Positions 58,947-64,000 of a DNA stretch of 64,000 nt are shown in pieces; within the stretch, counting starts at the first letter, position 1; every line of letters begins with the position of its first letter. Both the position numbers and the translations under genes were made by a program. The notes below the pieces were generated by a model. That model was not told the DNA's origin and did no database searches. It saw nothing but the letters and a program-made list of their open reading frames with translations. Source of the DNA: Longimicrobiales bacterium (GTDB lineage: Bacteria > Gemmatimonadota > Gemmatimonadetes > Longimicrobiales > Gaopeijiaceae); NCBI GenBank assembly GCA_965198065.1, contig CBDAON010000004.1, positions 1,888,001 through 1,952,000 on the forward strand, in the 5' to 3' direction.

Positions 58947-59474
58947 TCAGCCTCCCCAGTGAAAGCCCAGGTCGTCACCCTCGCGCTCCTCCGGCCTCCA
59001 CTGAAAGTGTCCACCCTCCTGACGCTCCCCCTCGGAGGAGGCCTCGGGGGTGGACGGAGGCTGCTCCCCCCAACGAAAGGATGGCGACCCGGCTTGTCCA
59101 GGTCCCCAGATGAAGCCCAAAGGGTCACCGGCGGAAGGGATCGGGTCCTGGGGGCGTCGCTTCGTCACCCCGCTTCCCCGACCCTCCACGCCCCACTCGA
59201 AGCTCGGCCGCGGCGGCTCCTCTTCCGACTCGAACGGAGGGTCGGTCGGGACGAGCCAACGCCGGCGTCGGCTGATGCCAGACCAGTGACAGCGTGCACA
59301 CCAGCGGCGCTCGATCCAGCGGCGGAGCAGCCCCATCCATGGGTCTTTCAGGGGGGAGGTGGCGTGATGGCAGTTCGGGCAGGCCCAACGAGCCGGCACC
59401 TTGCGCAGGGCCCAGAGCGCGATCGCCAGAGCAGCCCCGAAAGAGATCGCGAGCGGCGTCCAGAAGGAAAGCAA
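58947..59474 (-). CDS. Hypothetical membrane protein with zinc ribbon
   Basis: N-terminal hydrophobic segment, CPNC and CARC. Confidence 0.5.
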   Translation of the reverse strand: MLSFWTPLAISFGAALAIALWALRKVPARWACPNCHHATSPLKDPWMGLLRRWIERRWCARCHWSGISRRRRWLVPTDPPFESEEEPPRPSFEWGVEGRGSGVTKRRPQDPIPSAGDPLGFIWGPGQAGSPSFRWGEQPPSTPEASSEGERQEGGHFQWRPEEREGDDLGFHWGG

Positions 59475-59709
59475 GGCAGTCTCCGGGCACCCAGCCGAGC
59501 CGAGAGGTCACGGACGAAGCAGGCCCGACGTGCTGGAGACGGGCCCGGCTCCGTTGCGTGCCCAGAATAACTTCGGGGTTCCCGCGGAAACAAGAACGAC
59601 TGGAAGGCCGGCGACCGACTCTCTACCTTACGCTCTTCGCGTCCAGGGGTCTTCGCGCGTGCTCTATCTCGGCGCGTTTGTCTCACGTTCGGGTCTGGGG
59701 AGACGCCGA

Positions 59710-60687
59710 ATGGGTTCGCTCCGATCCTTCATGGACACGCATTACCGCCACTTCAACGCGCGTGAGACCGTAGCGGCGGCGCGCGCCTACGAGGAGCACC
59801 TGGAGGCGGGCGGGAAGATGCTCGTGGCCATCGCGGGCGCGATGTCCACGGCCGAGCTCGGCGTCATCCTCTCGCGCATGATTCGGGCGGACAACGTGCA
59901 TGCGATCTCCTGTACCGGGGCAAACCTCGAGGAGGACGTGTTCAATCTGCTCGGTCACGACGAGTACGAGGTCATCCCAGACTGGCGCGCCCTTTCAGCC
60001 GAGGACGAGGTCGCGCTCTATCGGAAGGGCATGAACCGGGTGACGGATACGTGCATCCCGGAGGACATCATGCGCCACCTCGAAGAGCGGCTGACCGACC
60101 GGTGGCGGGAAGCGTGCGAAGGTGGAACACGCAAGCTGCCCTCCGAATTCCTATTCGACGTCCTGAGGGGTGGGGAGCTGGAGAGCGCGTATCAGCTCGA
60201 TCCGTCGGAATCCTGGTTTCTAGCGGCCATGGAGAAAGAGCTCCCGGTCTATTCGCCCGGGTGGGAGGACTCGACCACGGGGAACATGTTGGCGGCCAAC
60301 GTCTTGCTCGGAAAGGTACCACACCACCAGTGCGTCAAGACGGGAACGGAGCAGTTCGCGCACCTGATCGAGTGGTACCTCGCGAACAACGGGGCCGCGA
60401 ACGGCCTTCCGTCCGTGGGCTTCTTCCAGATAGGGGGGGGGATCGCTGGGGACTTCGCGATCTGTGCGGTCCCGTCCATCATTCAGGACATGAGGCGCGA
60501 GAGCCCGTTCTGGGGATACTTCTGTCAGATCTCGGACGCCGAGGTATCGTACGGAGGGTACTCGGGCGCGGTCCCCAACGAAAAGATCACGTGGGGGAAA
60601 CTGGCCGCCGACACCCCCAAGTTCGTGATCAAGTCCGACGCCACGATCGTGGCCCCCCTCGTGTTCGGCTACGTCCTGGGGGATTGA
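59710..60687 (+). CDS. Deoxyhypusine synthase-like protein
   Basis: AGAMSTAELG, CTGANLEED, IGGGIAGD, YSGAVPNEKITWGK, SDATIVAP. Confidence 0.92.
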   Translation: MGSLRSFMDTHYRHFNARETVAAARAYEEHLEAGGKMLVAIAGAMSTAELGVILSRMIRADNVHAISCTGANLEEDVFNLLGHDEYEVIPDWRALSAEDEVALYRKGMNRVTDTCIPEDIMRHLEERLTDRWREACEGGTRKLPSEFLFDVLRGGELESAYQLDPSESWFLAAMEKELPVYSPGWEDSTTGNMLAANVLLGKVPHHQCVKTGTEQFAHLIEWYLANNGAANGLPSVGFFQIGGGIAGDFAICAVPSIIQDMRRESPFWGYFCQISDAEVSYGGYSGAVPNEKITWGKLAADTPKFVIKSDATIVAPLVFGYVLGD

Positions 60688-60721
60688 GCCCTCGCGGGGC
60701 GCCGAATCCCCGGCCGCCCCG

Positions 60722-61090
60722 TCACATCGCCACCTGGACGCTCCCGCTCATCATCAGGCCGTGGACTATGCAGAAGTAGGTGTACGTGCCGGGCGTCGTG
60801 GGCGTCGTGGGCATCGTGGACTGGAAGGCCCCGCTCGACTGAATCACCGAGTTGGCGAGCCCGGAGGTGTTGCTCCCCCTCCAGTTGACATCGTGCGGCT
60901 CCGACCCTGCCCAGGTCCACGTCACCATGGCTCCGGGCGAGACCCGGATGTCCTCTGGGCTGAAGAAGTTGTCCCGGACCGAGACCGACGTCGTCGCCAC
61001 CGGGCCGCCCCCACCGTCGGTCGGGGAGTCGCTGCCGCCGCACGCCGTGGCCAGCACGGCCAGGAGGGCCGTGCACAGGTAAATCGACCT
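60722..61090 (-). pseudogene. Plastocyanin/cupredoxin lipoprotein copy 2 (lacks its own start)
   Basis: LATAC lipobox, DNFFSP, VTWTW, H...YFCIVH..MMSG copper ligands. Confidence 0.75.
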
Positions 61091-61459
61091 AGGCGTACGT
61101 GCCGGTGGTCGCGGGCATGGTGGCCAGGAAGGCCCCACTCGACTGCGTCGCCGAGTCGGTCAGCCCGGAGGCGTTGCTCCCCGTCCACGTGACGCTGTGC
61201 TCCGCGCTTCCCGCCCAGGTCCACGTCACCGTCGCCTGGGGCGACACCTGGATGTCCTCCGGGCTGAAGAAGTTGTCCTGGACCGAGACCGAGGTCGTCA
61301 CCGTGGGGCCGCCTCCCCCCCCCCACCGCCTCCCCCGCCGTTCCCGCTCCCTCCATTCCCGCCGTCCGTCGGGGAGTCGCTGCCGCCGCAGGCTGTAGCC
61401 AACACGGCCAGAAGCGCGGTACACAGGTATGTCGACCTGCGCGAACTGAAGTGAATCAT
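61089..61459 (-). pseudogene. Plastocyanin/cupredoxin lipoprotein copy 1 (frameshift in a G run near 61320, lacks C-terminal Cu ligands)
   Basis: RBS GGGAGA; MIHFSSRRSTYLCTALLAVLATAC; stops at GTYA before YFC. Confidence 0.75.
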
Positions 61460-61610
61460 CGTGAATCTCCCGTTTGGTTTGCGAGACACCTCGCTGTGGT
61501 GGTGTCAGCGCCGAAGCATCGACGCCGATCCGACCCTTCCGACGCTGTATACGCGCGAGTCGGGGGGTCGAACTCTCAATTTGTTCATGAAACACCCTGA
61601 AAGGGAAGTG

Positions 61611-63101
61611 TCACGTGCGCCGATCAGGGGGGGAGCCGACCGCCGCGACCACGTCGGCGAGCCGAGCTGCCAGGGCCTTCGGGATCTCGTGGACGAGCCC
61701 CCTCCCCCCGAGGATCCCGCGGCCAAGCACCATGTGCTCCCACTCCAGGGCGTAGGGACCGGGCGACCGCCCGGGGACGGCGACCGGGCGGCCGTCCAGA
61801 AGCGTTCTCAGTTGAATCCGATCGAGCTGGATCCGGCGGGTCGGAGCCAGATGGCGCCCCCAGCGTGTGAGGAAGTGGTTCGATGGGGTCGGGGCGCCCC
61901 CGGCTCCCTTTCGGAGCGCACGGATTCCGAGGGATACGACGCGCCAGCCCCCGCCCCGCCCCGAGCGGGGCCACGACGGGACCGGCCACGATCCCAGGGT
62001 GTGCGCCCAGACGCTGTCACCCCGGACCATCCATTGGACTCCCGCCAGCTCGTCCGAATTAGCGAACCAGTGCTCTAGTTCTGTACCAGACGAGTATCGG
62101 AAAGTATTGTCGTAGCTTGCGGGATCGTCTCCGAAGATCTCGGGAACGCGGCTCCACCCATCCGCGGGCTGCCCTTCGGAGCCGAGCCCGGAGCGTCGGA
62201 GCTTGACCATGAAGAGGCCGCCCGAGTCCAGTTGGTGGGGATAGACCCGCCAGGCGTGGCGGAGGTCGGGGTGGTAGGTCTGATCCCGCCATCGGTCGAG
62301 CCCCGGCGAGTGCGGGAGCCGAAGGGAGATGGGCTCGACCTGGACCGGCGCGCCCTCCATGGCGCGGCTCACGACCCCCTCGTTCTCCTCAGGCGCGAAC
62401 GTGCACGTGGAGTAAACGATGGTCCCTCCCGGTCGGGTGAGATCTATGGCGCGGCGAAGGAGAGCCTCCTGCAGGGACGTCACGTACGACACGAAATTGG
62501 GGCTCCGGGGCGTCTCGCTTCTGCCCTTCCGGCGAATGGTTCCCTCGGCGGAGCAGGGGGCGTCCACAAGCACCCGGTCGAACAGCGCCGTGCCGGGAAC
62601 CGCCCGCCCGTCCATAGCAACCACGAGAACGTTTGTATGTCCAAGGCGGAACACGTTCGCGAGGAGGCCGCGGAGCCGCTTCTCCTTGGGGTCGACGGCG
62701 ACGAGGGAGCCACGATCCTCCATGAGCTGGGCGAGATGCGTCGTTTTGCCCCCGGGCGCCGCACAGAGGTCGAGGACCCGTTCTCCGGGGGTCGGTGCCA
62801 GGGCCAGCACGGGGAGCGTCATCACCGTCTGCTGAATGTGGAAAAGTCCCAGCCAGTGCTCGATGGTTTGGGCGATGGACCTCGGGCCAGCGACCAGCCG
62901 GTACTGAGACGCGAGCCCGGGGACCGGCTCGAGGGCGAAACCTTGGGCTCCGAGGTGCCGAAGAAGCTCCTCGGGGGTCGTAAGTCCAAGTCGGACGCGA
63001 ACGCCCACGGGCTCGGGCGTTGAGATGGCCGCCTGGAAGCCCGGCCAATCCGGCACGAACTCACGGTACCGAGCCAGGGATGGTGAACGGATTTCGTTCA
63101 T
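61611..63101 (-). CDS. RsmB/NOP2-family RNA m5C methyltransferase (RsmF-like)
   Basis: VLDLCAAPGGKT, VLVDAPCS, VYSTCT, PEENE. Confidence 0.92.
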   Translation of the reverse strand: MNEIRSPSLARYREFVPDWPGFQAAISTPEPVGVRVRLGLTTPEELLRHLGAQGFALEPVPGLASQYRLVAGPRSIAQTIEHWLGLFHIQQTVMTLPVLALAPTPGERVLDLCAAPGGKTTHLAQLMEDRGSLVAVDPKEKRLRGLLANVFRLGHTNVLVVAMDGRAVPGTALFDRVLVDAPCSAEGTIRRKGRSETPRSPNFVSYVTSLQEALLRRAIDLTRPGGTIVYSTCTFAPEENEGVVSRAMEGAPVQVEPISLRLPHSPGLDRWRDQTYHPDLRHAWRVYPHQLDSGGLFMVKLRRSGLGSEGQPADGWSRVPEIFGDDPASYDNTFRYSSGTELEHWFANSDELAGVQWMVRGDSVWAHTLGSWPVPSWPRSGRGGGWRVVSLGIRALRKGAGGAPTPSNHFLTRWGRHLAPTRRIQLDRIQLRTLLDGRPVAVPGRSPGPYALEWEHMVLGRGILGGRGLVHEIPKALAARLADVVAAVGSPPDRRT

Positions 63102-63116
63102 GGTAACATCGTATTC

Positions 63117-64000
63117 ATGACTTTCGACCCCTTCTCCGGTCACGCTGCCCCACGCGCTCGCACGGAGCTCCCAGACCCCGAGTCACACGCCTGGGGGCCG
63201 GAACCGGGAGACCCCGGGGGACCGGCTCCGTTCCCGGGCGCCCTCCCCCGCGCCATCACCCCCCGCTTCAGGTGGCTGCTCCAGGCCGCTCCCGTCGTGG
63301 TCATAACAGGACCTCACGGCGCGGGCGTGGAGACCCTCCTGTCGTCCGTTCCCGAGCTCCGCTCCTGGTCCGTAGGCTCCCTGGAGGACCTCGCCTTCCG
63401 CTTCCGCATCATACGCGACCCCGGCGGGCTCCTCGCGTCGGGCCGGTGGATCCTCCACGCCGTCCACCTCTGGCCCGAGCTCTGGACCCACGTGCGAGAG
63501 GCGGTGGACCTGCGGGAGCGCGCCCCCGGGCAGCTGGTGCTCACGTCCCCCCTTCAGCTCCAGGCCGATCTGGGCCGCGCCGAGCGCCTCGGGTCACGGG
63601 CGGTGTTCCTTCAGCTGGGTCCCCTCACCCGGCGCGAGCGCGCCGGGCAGGGGACGCCCGGCCCGTGGAGCGAGCTCTTCAAGACCCGCGACGAGAAGTG
63701 GGGGAGCGTCGTGGAGTGGGGAACGGGCGGGCGAGCCGACTGGGAGGCGGAGGTACGGGTGAGCGGGCTCACGGACGGGTTCTCGCCGTCCACGGATGGG
63801 CTCTCCCGGCTCCGTTCGGGCCGGACGTTCATCGAGGAGCTTTCCGCCATCACCGAGGTGGAGGCTCCCGAGAAGCTGCTGAGCCTCCTCGTGGCAGCCT
63901 CCCGGCACACCGGCAACCTGCTCAACCGGGCGGCGTTGGCGAGGGCGGCCGGGATCCCGCGTCCCACCGCCCACCGCCATCTGGACCTGCTCGAGCGGGC
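63117..64000 (+). CDS. AAA_14/DUF4143-like ATP-binding protein with degenerate Walker motifs (3' truncated by window edge)
   Basis: My translation: LPRAITPR...PVVVITGPHGAGVETL...WILHAVHLWPEL...PGQLVLTS; start uncertain. Confidence 0.55.
   Translation, partial: MTFDPFSGHAAPRARTELPDPESHAWGPEPGDPGGPAPFPGALPRAITPRFRWLLQAAPVVVITGPHGAGVETLLSSVPELRSWSVGSLEDLAFRFRIIRDPGGLLASGRWILHAVHLWPELWTHVREAVDLRERAPGQLVLTSPLQLQADLGRAERLGSRAVFLQLGPLTRRERAGQGTPGPWSELFKTRDEKWGSVVEWGTGGRADWEAEVRVSGLTDGFSPSTDGLSRLRSGRTFIEELSAITEVEAPEKLLSLLVAASRHTGNLLNRAALARAAGIPRPTAHRHLDLLER

Noticed and set aside
60791..60817. 9-bp triple repeat
   Set aside because: A simple coding slippage repeat (TMPTTPTTP) inside the cupredoxin gene.
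1..64000. Window-wide CCWGG-to-CTAGG methylation error or mutation signature
   Set aside because: By eye only about half of CTAG sites are in CCTAG/CTAGG context, roughly what the high GC content predicts.

Overview
GC-rich bacterial chromosomal window. The gene families suggest Gemmatimonadota (inference only). Several homopolymer-associated frameshifts may be long-read errors. Positions 1-8.4 kb form an accessory island downstream of a tRNA-Glu/tRNA-Val pair. It holds two orphan tRNA-Arg(CCG) 3'-half att-like repeats flanking a DUF5916 gene, an RHH + DUF433 + PIN toxin-antitoxin operon and a broken TolB/TPR gene. Positions 8.6-35.7 kb and 43-64 kb are mostly housekeeping: ligA, dacB, a sufCBD-Rieske-sufSU operon with a Fur-like box, thiolase, bacilliredoxin, ettA, lgt, HU, helicases, DtxR-like regulator, DHS-like protein and an RsmB/NOP2 methyltransferase. 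Several genes look like catalytically degenerate pseudo-enzymes. The most striking locus is 35.8-43.1 kb. It contains a 73-codon gene missed by the ORF track, encoding a lipoprotein-type signal peptide followed by four exact NGFLGSGGGG repeats whose DNA differences are all synonymous. This gene is convergent with a TPR protein and divergent from a REC/AraC-like regulator plus a sensor-less hybrid histidine kinase. I propose it as a candidate Rap/Phr-like peptide-signalling system in a diderm bacterium. An internally deleted IS1595 element with an 8-bp target-site duplication sits just upstream of the peptide's RBS.
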